NCBI GenBank assembly: GCA_951406725.2 | Contig: OX597826.1 | Location: 5,270,001-5,334,000, forward strand | DNA: 64,000 bases | Source: Octopus vulgaris | Taxonomy: Eukaryota | Direction of reading: 5' to 3' | Shown: positions 1 through 11,900 of the stretch, piece after piece | How positions within the stretch are numbered: the first letter of the stretch is position 1 | Layout: each line of letters starts with the position of its first letter | Position numbers and translations under genes: made by a program | The notes under the pieces: model-generated | The model's input: only the letters and a program-made list of their open reading frames with translations | What the model was told of the DNA's origin: nothing | Databases searched by the model: none

Positions 1-52
1 ATAATTACCTAATGAACTAACCAAACAAAACGACCAGCTAAATAACCAGCCA

Positions 53-53
53 A

Positions 54-145
<92 letters not shown>

Positions 146-200
146 ATATCTATCTATCTACCTACCTACCTACCTACCTACTTACCTAACTATCTATCTA
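53..200. repeat. (TATC)n/(TACC)n microsatellite, left flank of the Tx1-like insertion
   Basis: Tetranucleotide repeat read directly; it resumes at ~1478-1640 after the LINE. Confidence 0.95.
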
Positions 201-1091
201 GGGCTGGGCATGCCGTGGTTGATGATGCGCAGACACGCGCTGAGACTGCGACATCTCTGGCTCTATGTAGACGACGGTGAACAGGTGTGGTCGCCGTTTG
301 TGAGGCACGCTTTCCGCAGCTCGTCTCCATGACCGAACTGCAGTCGTGGATCAAAAAGAGGCCGAAGGAGGGGCGAATGGCACCGCGAGTGTCGCGTTGC
401 TCTCAAGCAACTCTGCCGTCCTGGGTCGACCTTGAGTGACTTCAACACAACCAAAGCATTCTATAGGGGTTTAGTGGAGGGGAGGTACGACGACGAGCTC
501 GGGGCGAACCTGGACGTCGACGAGGAGTACCTGACCCGCCTGTTCAGGACGACTTTCGGGCCAGGGCCTATGGACAACTTCCATAGATCCCTGGCCTGGC
601 AGTGCTACCGAGAAGCGCTACCCGTTCGGGATAAGCTCTACAGACACGGCTCGAGAAACACGGGGCCGACCTGCCCGAGATGCGGTCAGAGCGACGAAAC
701 CGTTCTGCACGCACTCGTGCAGTGTCCAACAATTTCCGACCTGTGGGCTTATGTCGAACAACTGCTGTCACGTGTGGGACGAGTCGGTTTATCAGCTGAG
801 TCTATCGTCAATATTGTCACGCCTCCCTCCTTCAAACGGGAAGGAAGAGCTATTTTCATCATCCCTGTGTCTATGGCGAAAGAATGTATCTGGTGGACGC
901 GTCTGAAAGGATTGGAGACAAACACTTTCCTCTCTGGTCAATCTCTCATCAACTTCTTCAAGTACCACTTGAAAAGGAAAGTGAGAGTAGAGAGGCAAGT
1001 TTTGTCTAGCGAATGTTTTAAAAAAAGATGGGTGAATGTAGCAAGAATGGCACGTATGAATGACGAAGCCACCTTGAGCATGATCCTATGA
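201..1091 (+). pseudogene. Tx1-like ORF2 C-terminal fragment with zf-RVT
   Basis: Open frame 432-1091; upstream coding continues to 201 across two compensating 1-nt frameshifts near 313 and 372. Confidence 0.8.
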
Positions 1092-1475
1092 ACCTAGAAA
1101 TTGAAAACAGAGAGTTGCTTATTCGCAAAAAAAAAAAAAAAGAAATATAACATGTGACTCCATTGACCGAGGTTACCGTGGTCTTTTCCGTAGGCTTTTC
1201 TTTCCACGGGTAAACCTCACCTGTCCTCCCCTTTACACTTCATATTGACATTTCTGTGATAACGATCCCTATTGATCAATTTAAAAAAATTTTTTTTTTC
1301 CTCTCCCCCCTTTTTTTTTAACCCCCCTTTTTTTTGTCCTCTTTCTCTCCTTTCACGATCCCTTTTGATCGAAACTCCCCTTCCTTTTTTTTTTTTTTAA
1401 ACCTTCAAAAGAAAAGCTCTACCTTGTAATTTGTTCTATCTGTGTGCAGCCCTGTGTGGCTAATAAAGAAACATA
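201..1475 (+). mobile_element. 5'-truncated Tx1/L1-clade non-LTR retrotransposon (ORF2 C-terminus + 3' UTR)
   Basis: From 201 it reads GLGMPWLMMRRHALRLRHLW (post-RT GGLG motif). ORF 432-1091 has a zf-RVT-type CCHC finger (LAWQCYREALPVRDKL...CPRC..DETVLHALVQC). T-rich 3' UTR, AATAAA at 1462-1467, (TATC)n on both sides. Confidence 0.88.
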
Positions 1476-1477
1476 TG

Positions 1478-1535
<58 letters not shown>

Positions 1536-1572
1536 GCTAGCTAGATTGCTAGCTATCTATCTAGCTATATAC

Positions 1573-1639
<67 letters not shown>

Positions 1640-2424
1640 CCATCCATCTATGTCTGTCTGACGCTCTCTATATGTCTATCTAATTAACTAAATAACCAAT
1701 TAACTCCAATGTATGAAAATTTATATGGTTTCAAAGAAAGCGAACATAAGTTAGCGCAGCAGCGTAGATGTGTGCAACATTTAGAAGGAGGTCGCTGTAA
1801 CCTTCAAGTAATCCAGCAACATGGCGTAGTATTGAGTCTCGCAGTGGGAATATTTACCTATTCCTTAATGTCATTAAAAATGCATGAAATGTAACAACTC
1901 ATTTATGCCCATCCATAAAACTTAGCTGTATTAGTCAAGAGAAAAATAGATCTCAAGAAAGTAAAATCATTACTGTAAAGGTTGCTTGGGAGGAGCGGCA
2001 CATCCGCGGACTGAATAATGATATTAGATTTCGTATCACGTTGGGAATCTGGTTTCATGTCATGAATCACTGTTATCTTTCTCATCAGCTCAAATTTTGG
2101 ACACCAATCTACATAACATTCATATCATTCAAAAAGTATCGGCTTCTTCGACAGTAAATTACGGGTTTTGCAACTTAGAATTTAGAATTTCCCTTTGTAA
2201 TATTGGTAGATTTGAACCTTGATTCACGAGCAGACTGTCCACGCAGTATACACCCGAATTTAGGCTTACTACTGTGTACAAATGTATATATCATGTCATC
2301 GTTCTAAACCCTTGTCTTAAATACCACTGGAAAACAGTTTGCACCTTATCCTCAAAGAAACTGGCTATCACTTTTCATCTACTCTTGTCATATGTGATAA
2401 TGTTTTTATTTAATAAATAGTAAA

Positions 2425-3088
2425 AGTGTGGTGGGCTGGTAGAATCGTTACCATGTCGGGTAAAATTTTTAGCGGTATTTCTTTCGTTCTGATTTCAAAT
2501 TCCAGCACGGTCCACTTTGTCTCCCATCCTTTCAGGTTCAATAAAATAAGTACTATTTGAACACTGGTGTCTATATAATTGACCTGTCACCTCCACCGAA
2601 CTTGCTGACCATGTGCCAAAATTTGAAACCAGTATAATATATAACAGTAAGGAGGTGAGCTGGCAGAGTCGTTATGGCGCCGAGCTAAATGCTTAGCGAC
2701 ATTGCATCTGTGTGTACGTTCTGAGTTCAAAATTCCGCCGAGGTCCACTTTCCGTTTCTTTCTTTCGTTGTCGATAAAATAAGTACAAATTGACAAGTGG
2801 GGTTTGTGCATTGGACTTATTCCGTTCACCAAACTTGCTGGGCTTTTTGCCAAAATTTGAAACCAAGATAACAAATAGTAGTAAGGCGGCGGGCTGGCAG
2901 ATTCATTCCCACCCTGAGCAGAATGTTTATCTGCATTCCGTCTGGGTTCAAAATTCTGCCAAGAACGACATTGCCTTTAATCCTTTCGGTGTCGAAAGCA
3001 TAATTACTAATTGAATACTGGGGTCGCAGTAATCATCCTGCTCCCTCCTTTGAACTTGATGGCCTTGTGCCAAAAAACGAAGCAAATA
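2425..3088 (+). mobile_element. Three tandem full-length copies of tRNA-derived SINE family A, older short tail
   Basis: Each copy has the head ggcggcgagctggcagaatcgttag, B box gagttcaaattcc, core gcctttcatcctttcggggtcgataaa and tail ttgctggccttgtgccaaaatttgaaacc; units start near 2425, 2648 and 2882. Confidence 0.85.
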
Positions 3089-3095
3089 TAATAGA

Positions 3096-3480
3096 CTAGC
3101 AGTATCGCCCGGCGTTGCTCAGGTTTGTAAGGGAAATAACTATAAAGCATTTTTAGAGAGTTATAGCCAAAAAATAGCAAAAAAATGGGAAAAAAATGAT
3201 GGTAAATTTTTTTTGAGAGTAAAAAAAGGTTGAGTTGCGTCCCCTAGACAGTCTGTGGTTTGTTTCTTTTGATTCTCGACCCCATGTCGAATTTATCGAT
3301 TTTTTTCAGAACTGGGGAACTTTTCAAAATTTTCGCTGCGTTAGTTTTGAATTATGACATTGGGCTATGTGTGTGTCAAGTTTCATCAGAATCGGTTGAA
3401 AGCCGTGGTCAGGGTGAGGGTACAAGAAAACAGACACACAGAAACACACACAGACAAACTGCCGTTTATATATAGAGAGA
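3096..3480 (-). mobile_element. Non-autonomous Helitron, family H1
   Basis: On the minus strand 5'-TC...CTAG-3' between A and T with no TSD; subterminal hairpin cc(t/c)gagc-aac-gccggg; near-identical copy at 52036-52416. Confidence 0.9.
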
Positions 3481-4292
3481 TAGTAAATAATCGTCAGTGT
3501 GTTTAGTCATTAGGTAATATATTAATGCATTATGTGACATATATTCGATTTTACGAAAACATTATCACTTATGCCGGGTCACTCCTGCCGTATGAATTGC
3601 CTTGTTAACGCATATCAGCGTTATGATATTCAATCCTCCGTCTGTCGTCAATATACACTCGGAAGAACGTGAAAATCTATAACTTTGCGAATGTCATGTA
3701 AAACCAATACGAAGAGAGAGTTGATTGTAAGGAAGATGAAAAATATCTAAATATACATCAGGGTTTTGATTCTCAAAGGAGCCTTTTGACTTGCGCATCA
3801 CTGTTAATGTGCTCCAAGGGAATTAATTGGCCATCCAGTATTAGATACATCTAATTAAGAAAATTAAGCGACTAACTAGACTTCTAAAATACATCACGTA
3901 TTAAAATAATTACTGAATAAGTGGATATTGCTTTCTATTTCAAGCATAAAACTATAAGTCGCAGTTTTGATTGTGTTTTTTTTTTGTCTTCCATCTAGAC
4001 AACCAAAAATGCAAAAACATTTAGAAGTGGCGGTTTTGTTCATGTGTCCATCTGTCGTCTTTTGTATATTTGGTACAGAAGACTTTGTTTAATAAGTCCT
4101 TCCTTTTCTATGATGATAGGATGTGATTTGATCGAGACTTGACTCATATTTCTGTTAGGCTACGCATCATTAGAGATGCTTCATTGTTGGATCGAATGGC
4201 GTGGCATGTTGTGGCATATATGACAATCTAAGATTCGTAAAGTGTCGTAAATACAATAAAATTTGTATCGATGGAAAGTGGTTAATTATATA

Positions 4293-4597
4293 TGTTGTTT
4301 GTTCCTTCTCGAGCCATGACTGGTTCATAAGGGCCGGATTCCCGGTTTCCTTGGCGTGTAAGTTCCCCACCTGGACAGGACGCCGGTCCGTCGCAGGTGA
4401 GCAGCAAGATGCAGGAGGAAAGAGTGAAAGTAAGTTGTGGCGAAAGGGTCAGCAGAAGTTCGCCATTACCTTCTACTAGATCCGCATGGTGCTAAGGTGT
4501 TTCGCTCATAAATACATACATCGCCTTGTCTGAGACTCGAACCCGTGATCTCTCGACCGCGAGGCTGCTGCTCTAACCACTAGGCCATGTGCCTCCA
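4293..4597 (-). mobile_element. tRNA-derived SINE family B (V-domain-like core, AAC-rich tail)
   Basis: A box tggcctagtgg, B box ggttcgagtc, motif cctgcgacggaccggcgtcctgtccagg; further copies at 6931-7244 and 15371-15668. Confidence 0.85.
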
Positions 4598-5406
4598 CGA
4601 AAAAATGTGGCTAACCGGCTACCTTCCTCCGATAGAGTCTGGTAAGGTTTGTTTATCGTTTGTTTATTTTTCCACTAATTGCTTCGTCCCTTACTTTTCT
4701 CGTTCAGATAATTACTTGGTAATTTGATATACATCTTAGATATATTCATATAAAACACTATTTCCATATCCGTAAGTGCTTTTTTTTACCGTCAATTCAT
4801 TAGTAAGACCCCTTAGACTATTCATTCCTTAAATATTTTAATTTTTGTTTTTACTTCTCTTGTAATTTATTGATAATTTTACCGTTTCAAAGATTAGCTG
4901 ACCAATTAAGTTGTAGGATTAACTTTGGCCTCAAACAACTATCCATAGGGGTCTCGGGATTAAGTTTCTGTAAATATGTAACAAGTAATAACACCGCACT
5001 TAGGTTTTACCTAATTTTCTTTTCATTGATACATCTACGTATTGAATTTCTCCAAACAGATTCAATGTAAGTTAATCCTGCAAATTCCTTTTATGATGCT
5101 CTATTAAATAGCAGTTAGCCTCTAACTTCTGACCCTGTGACATGAACCCTACCATTAAATTCACTCCACAACGTCTTACCCTCGCTATCCCCACCCCACT
5201 GTATAATTGAAATGCTATGTAACTCTCAAAGGCTGCGGAAATTTCTCTTGGAAGTAACTTTCTTTACCATAAGATGTAATACCATGGATTATAATAAAAT
5301 CTTGAAATGATATTCTCGCCATTCCTTACTATTTTTATTACGTTATTTTAATTTTACTTTATTATTTTAACTTACATTCCAACATGTTAGTTTCCTATAA
5401 TTCGGT

Positions 5407-5551
5407 CTCTCTGATGAAGTCTTGGGGGATCAACCATAGTCCAACCCCTGTCCAATGTTTGTTCAACCTTTGTCAGGTTCCTGTATATCACTGGCGTGAT
5501 GTGGAAAACTTGGAAGATTGAGGAGCCCCACTTTAGAAACGGCTGTAAGTG
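5407..5551 (+). ncRNA. Hammerhead-ribozyme-like motif with long stem II (Penelope terminal-repeat type)
   Basis: CTGATGA 5411-5417, GAAAC 5536-5540, GGCT loop, GTA cleavage triplet; homologous to 37765-37896. Confidence 0.5.
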
Positions 5552-6568
5552 TTTAGTATTTGCACATTTATTCCTATTCGTTTATTTTTATTTATCTATT
5601 TATTTATATATTTATTTGCTTATTTCATTCGTTTATTTCCATCACTTATCCATATGATGGTAATCAATTAATAAATATAGAAATATTTTTTATTCTCAAA
5701 TGCTAATAAAATAGCGTGATCAGGATAAATTATCCATACATTGGAGAAAAATACTCGAACTCACATACCTGTGATTATGCGTCAAGTGCTTTACCATAAA
5801 GCTAAACTGCCCAGTAACGAATTCTTCTGCAATTTTAGAACTTATAAATTTAGCTTCATAAGACGCTAACGTTAAATACAACTTCTGATGAAAATAAACA
5901 AATAAAGTTTGTCTTTTTAGGAGATTTGCTATTTCCGTTCACACACAGATGGAATGAGCAAATAATTCTCTCCATTACCAAAATAAAATAAAATAAAATA
6001 AAAATGTTAAAGAAATCTCTATTCGTAAAAGTACTCGTATCGTTCTCAGCTGTTCTTTTGAGAAAACCGAATGCGATGGAAACGATGCGTTTGACGATCA
6101 GTTAAATATTCCTTGATCACAAACATTCTGCAGAAAACAAAAGAAATTCCCTGGCGAAAAGAATGTGAAAATATCTCTATTCTCGAGAGAAATATTGCAA
6201 TATATTTAATGAAGTATCTTATGGAATAAGATTCAGTGAGGAATATGATCGGTGAGTTTGTGTTGCGAGAATGTACGGCAAGCTCACTTCGCTGACTGAA
6301 AGCTGATGTGAGGAAAGAAGTGGGCAGAGACAGATTAACTGTCGAAGTTTCTGTGAAAAAACAGGCGTAATATTTTGTCAATCATGGAAATGTCTATTAT
6401 GTTGTTTTTTTATCATACTCTGGGATGTGTGTATATGAGTGTGCAGCAGTAAAATTGTCCCAGATATGTCGGTTGTACTCTAATATACATATCACTTGAC
6501 TTCAAAAGACAGTTCTCATTCCCTAATGCTATATAATGAATGTCTGTGTGTATCTATATCTATATCGA

Positions 6569-6639
<71 letters not shown>

Positions 6640-6930
6640 ATGTCTGTCTGTCTGTCTGTCTATCTATCTGCTTCCGCACAGACACACACACTCATACGTG
6701 AGTGAATAGACAAACGAAAGAATGTGGCAGATTTGGTAGGAGTTGTATATATTGTATAATAACATTCGTCCCAACCTGGACTGCTACATTAACCTTTACT
6801 TTAGAGTTGTGATTCTGAATGCTTCTCGTTGGGATACTTACAAATACTATTATTTCTATTTAGTAGATCAGTGATTGTGTGTCGTTTTGGAAATTATATA
6901 AATTTTCTAACACTAGTTTAGCAGCACCAC

Positions 6931-7241
6931 TGAAACCGGGAAACCTGCCTTTATGAGCCTGGCATGGCTCGAGAACATCTTTTCGTTGAGGCACGGGTTC
7001 GAATCTCCGACCGGGCGATGTGTGTGTTTATGAGCAAAACACCTAAGCTCCACGCAGCTCCTGTAGAAGGGAATGCCGAACTTCTGCTGACGCTTTCGCC
7101 ACAACTTTCTCTCACTCTTCCTGCATCTAGCAGCGCACCTGCGATGAACCCGCGTCCCATCCAGGTGGGGAGCCTATACGCCAATGAAACCGGGAAACCG
7201 GCCCATTATGAGCCAGTCATGGCTTGAGAAGGAACAAACAG

Positions 7242-7244
<3 letters not shown>
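6931..7244 (+). mobile_element. SINE family B: 3' tail fragment followed by a 5'-truncated copy
   Basis: Matches 4293-4597 and 15371-15668; tail gaaaccgggaaacc..atgagcc..catggct present twice. Confidence 0.85.
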
Positions 7245-7278
<34 letters not shown>

Positions 7279-8522
7279 ATATATTCTAGCATGTATGTAT
7301 AATACTATTTTCGAGATGTTTATTCTTGGTTGCTGTTATGTTTCATTTGAAGGATATTTATAAAAGCTCACTATGTACGTTGTCAGTGGTGGTCTCATGG
7401 TGAGTAATTACAATCAATAAAATCTATTCTTGTTTCTATTGGCGTTAAATAATTGTTATATTTATATATTTGCCATACATAATATTATTGATGTGAAATC
7501 TCGTGAAATTGTTTTAACGCAATATCGAAACCTTATGGCCGGTTTGGTCTATCGAGATGGATGCAGCTTTTACTCTATAGTGTTAGCAATCAGGTTCAAA
7601 CATAACTAAAAGCGAAACAATAATCGGAATTTTATTTCGCAGATTTATTCATTTAAACGAAGGAATTACTCAGAAAATGTCTTCAGAAATATCACTTCCT
7701 TCATTCAAGCAACAGCTGATTAAATCCGATAATCTGAATTTTATCTGATGATTGATAATTTGACTGGACACAGCCCGCGGTCATATAGTAATAAGTGACC
7801 CGGTCAAGAGTTTTACAGCAGACAGCGATTGAAATGCTAATGATAAATCAGATTGCAAGCAAGGGCGAGAGAGCATAGAGTTAGTTCGTCCGATGCTTAC
7901 TTTGTCCAGCGAAATAGAAATAACTGAAATATACGAAGATATATAAGCGAAATGTCATCAATTTGACAGAGCTCTGTTCGATTTAATAAAGTGATTGATC
8001 GGGAAATTGTAACCTTCGACTGTTTTATTACTTTAAGTATTTATTTATTTATTTAATTTTCACCCCATTCAAATATATAATACACATAGCAAACGATGCA
8101 CAGGAATAATGAAATAACATTAAAAAAAACATAGGACAATAAAAATAACATCATCAGTCAATAGGCAAAGGCCATTCACATAAATTATTTAAGAAGTAAC
8201 AGATATTGATGATGATATTCTAACTTTTGTGTCTACAAACATTCGAGTATGTGCTTGCTGCTTTTGATTCTGATGATATTATTACGTGATGACGACGACG
8301 ACGACGACGATGAGGACATTGATGCCGATGACGATGACGACGATGACATTGGTGACGATGATAATGATGACGATGATGACCACAAGGGTTCTAGGTTGCA
8401 TCCTTCAGCAAATTCCACAGCTATGTGTCCAACAAAGTTCTTTCCGAGGAAGAAATTTTTATAAGATTCTGTAAGCGTTTTTAAGATATGTATACGTACC
8501 ACCTCTTGCAAAGAAACAGACT

Positions 8523-8566
<44 letters not shown>

Positions 8567-8750
8567 GCATATTTCAAAGAGTGGTTTATTAGCAATGAAA
8601 AGCCAAAGGCAAAATTAATAGAAGTCACAAAAATTGACAAAGGGTAGTGATTAGCTGACGTTTGTGGCTTTTAGTGAGTTTAACTCTTATCTTCAGCAAA
8701 AGCAGTGCTAGTCACTACCCTCTGTCGCCTTTTGTGACCTCTGTTAACTG

Positions 8751-8790
<40 letters not shown>

Positions 8791-8869
8791 TGCATCCGCC
8801 TATCCATACATGCATACATATCCCTTTGTGTAAAGTAGCTTGCTAAGAAAGGCTATTCAACTCAGTCAG

Positions 8870-9075
8870 TGAACGCGACAAGATGGTAGAATCGTTAGGG
8901 CAAAATGTTTAACGACATTGTGTTCGTCTTTACGTTCTGAATTCAAATTCCGCCGAGGTCGACTTTGCCTTTCATCCTTTCTTGGTCGATGAAATAAGTA
9001 ACAGTTGAGCGCTGGTAATCGACTTAATCCTACTACCGAAATTGCTGGCCTTGTGCCAAAATTTGAATCGAATAT
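8870..9075 (+). mobile_element. SINE family A, older tail
   Basis: ttcaaattccgccgaggtcgactttgcctttcatcc core plus ttgtgccaaaatttgaa tail. Confidence 0.85.
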
Positions 9076-10369
9076 TTCTGTCTCTGTTCATCAAGCAATT
9101 CTAATTTTACATTGGATACTGGTCATGCTGACGGTTATTTTCCCAGCGAATATGGACAATATCCGTAGCGTGTGTCGTCTTTCTCCAGTGTTTTCCTTTC
9201 ACCACTTCGACATGAAGTGAGTATATTATCCTCGCCCCACCCCAGACTATATATGTATTTTGGGTCTCCAAAACACACCAGGTAATTTGTACATTAATTA
9301 GCGTAACGTTTTAATTTTGAGGTGCAGGCAACATACGTTCGTTTTGTGGCTTCTGCCTGATTTCTGTTATCTATTCATCTTATGTTTTTATTTCAGAACA
9401 CTGTAGCTGCCATACCCTTTCTCACGAGAGAAGTACTATATCTATGATACTCTCTGGGGAATATTATAGCATATATTTTCAGTTTTTATTTCGCACAGCT
9501 TTATTTATTGTTAACTGACACGTTTTTGTTTAGAAATGTACTTAGTAAAGATTTTTTATCTCACTCACTGCGTGAACGTAATACTTAAGCTGATACAAAT
9601 ATGAACTCCATGGTAAATTTTAAAGTGTGATATATTCTCTGTAGTGACTACATTTCTTTTCAAGGGATTAGAGGTTTTTCTTCCCTGTAAACCATTCTCA
9701 TCGAGTTCACCCAATTCTTTTTTATTTCTGTTGTCTTTAAATATGGTTTCACGTAAATTATTCTTTCTGAAATCTCTTTTTCGACATCTCTTTATATCCC
9801 GTTGTTTGATCTTCATTATATAGTCATACTTTTAATTGAGACAACAGAATTTTCATCCCTAATATTTGTAGAAAAGCAGTAGAGAAGTTAAGGGTAAGAT
9901 GTTTGCGAGAGGGCCGTCCACTCCAGAAGACACTTTTATTGGACTGGAAGTTGTTTTGGCTGCTGTAATATGCCTTAAAGTTTTAGAAGGATGTTGGGGT
10001 GCAACCTCAAGTGATGCAGCGGGCAGCAAACACTCCAGCTAGGCCACAGTTTGAAAGATAGGTTTTCTATTGAATCTACTTGCCTTAAACTTACACAAGA
10101 CGTTAGGAATAACTACATATAAAAGCACGTCTTAATACATATCTTTCACAGGACACTTAGTGCTGCTTTATGGAAGTGTAGAACTACAGACAGCTACAAC
10201 ATCTGGCATTGGTACAATTTTACACCTGTGAAATGGAAGAAAAAAGTAACTATCGATTAAATTGATCTATAGCTTGACAGTTATTTTATTTTATCTCTTA
10301 TCAGGAATTACGATCTGTATTGATTTGAAATCAGAATGTAAAGTGTTATGTGTAAATATCATAAGAGGA

Positions 10370-11342
10370 AATATTCTTTACTAATCTAAGCACAAAGCCC
10401 GAAATTTTGGGGGAGAGGGCCATTCGATTAGATGGACTCCAGTACGTAACTGGTACTTTATTTATCGACCCTGAATGGATGAAAGGCGACGTCATCCGCT
10501 GCGGAATTTGAACTCAGAACGTAGTGGCAAACGAAATACCTATTTCTTTATTACCCAGAAGAGGCTAAACATAGAGGGGACAAACAAGGACAGACATAGG
10601 TATTAAGTCGACTATATCGACCCCAGTGCGTAACTGGTACTTAATTTATCGACCCCGAAAGCATGAAAGGCAAATTCAACCTCGGCGAAATTTGAACTCA
10701 CACCGTTACGACAGACGAAATATCGCTAAGCATTTCGCCCGGCGTGCTAACGTTTCTTATTTCTTTATTGCCCACAAGGGGCTAAACATAGAGGGGACAA
10801 ACAAGAACAGACAAAAGGATTAAGTCGAATACATCGACATCAGTGCGTAACTGGTATTTAATTTATCGACTACGAAAGGCTGAAAGTCGACCTCGGCGGA
10901 ATTTGAACTCAGAACGTAGCGACAGACGAAATACCTATTTCAGTACTACCCACAAGGGGCTAAACACAGAGAGGACAAACAAATGGATTAAGTCGATTAT
11001 ATCGACCCCAGTGCATAAATGGTACTTATTTAATCGACTCCGAAACGATGAAAGGCAGAGTCGACCTCGGCGGAATTTGAACTCAGAACGTAAAGACAGA
11101 CGAAATACCTATTTCTTTACTACCCACAAGGGGCTAAACACAGAGGAGACAAACAAGGACAGACAGACGGGTTAAGTCGATTATATCGACAACCGTGCGT
11201 AACTGGTACTTAATTTATCGACCTCGAAAAGATGAAAGGCAAAGTCGACCTCGGCAGAATTTGAACTCAGAACGTAGCAGCAGACGAAATACCTCTAAGC
11301 ATTTCGCCCAGCGTGTTAACGTTTCTGTCAGTTCACCGCCTT
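10370..11342 (-). mobile_element. Nested array of five SINE family A units (four with Tx1-like tail, last with older tail)
   Basis: Junctions at 11107|11108, 10933|10934 and 10538|10539 (aaatagg|tatttcg) and at 10755|10756 (aaataag|aaacgttag). Confidence 0.92.
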
Positions 11343-11609
11343 CATAAAAGCAAGTATTAATTTCTGTATGTGATATCACTCATGTAAATTTTCTTAGTGA
11401 ATTCTGTACGATTAAGAACATTATATACCAGTACCATTAGTGAAAGATGTGACAGGTTATGAAATATGATAATTAATGAATAATTAGGATTAAATTTAAA
11501 TATGATTCGAACAGGTGATGGACATTTCAACGCAAATACAATCTGACTGAAACTAATGACTATGAAATATTTAAAGAAACTATTTTATGTTAAGTTATTA
11601 TGTTAGCTA

Positions 11610-11784
11610 TCTATATATGTATATATGTATATGTGTATATATATATACATATACATATATATATATATTTATATATATGTATATATGTATGTATGTATGC
11701 ATGCATGTATGTATGTATATATGTGTGTATGTATGTATGTATAAATATATATATATATATATATATACATATATATACATATAA

Positions 11785-11817
<33 letters not shown>

Positions 11818-11858
11818 CATATAAATATATGTATATATACATATATACATATACATTC

Positions 11859-11889
<31 letters not shown>

Positions 11890-11900
11890 CATATATAAAT
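11610..11900. repeat. Compound (TA)n/(TATG)n microsatellite
   Basis: Read directly. Similar tracts at about 17660-18020, 19570-19820, 20910-21270, 29125-29320, 38090-38530, 43520-43760, 55745-55925 and 62090-62550. Confidence 0.95.

Noticed and set aside
1709-2350. Short ORFs in complex sequence after the LINE
   Set aside because: No motif or splice structure recognised; probably decayed TE.
5741-5813. tRNA-Met-like sequence on the minus strand
   Set aside because: CAT anticodon-like loop and A/B-like boxes, but T stem and acceptor do not pair; at most a decayed SINE head.
6030-6390. Possible ancient Tx1 C-terminus (LKADVRKEVGRDRLTVEVSVKK)
   Set aside because: Resemblance to LKRKVRVERQVLSSECFKKR is too weak to call by eye.
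9565-10060. 83-aa basic ORF and GC-richer neighbour
   Set aside because: No recognisable homology or boundaries.
10626-11175. Recurrent MRNWYLIYRP.. ORFs
   Set aside because: Antisense translations of non-coding SINE family A.
10370-11342. SINE array as a CRISPR-like repeat-spacer locus
   Set aside because: Units are ~170-220-bp diverged SINE copies with no unique spacers; eukaryotic context and no cas genes.
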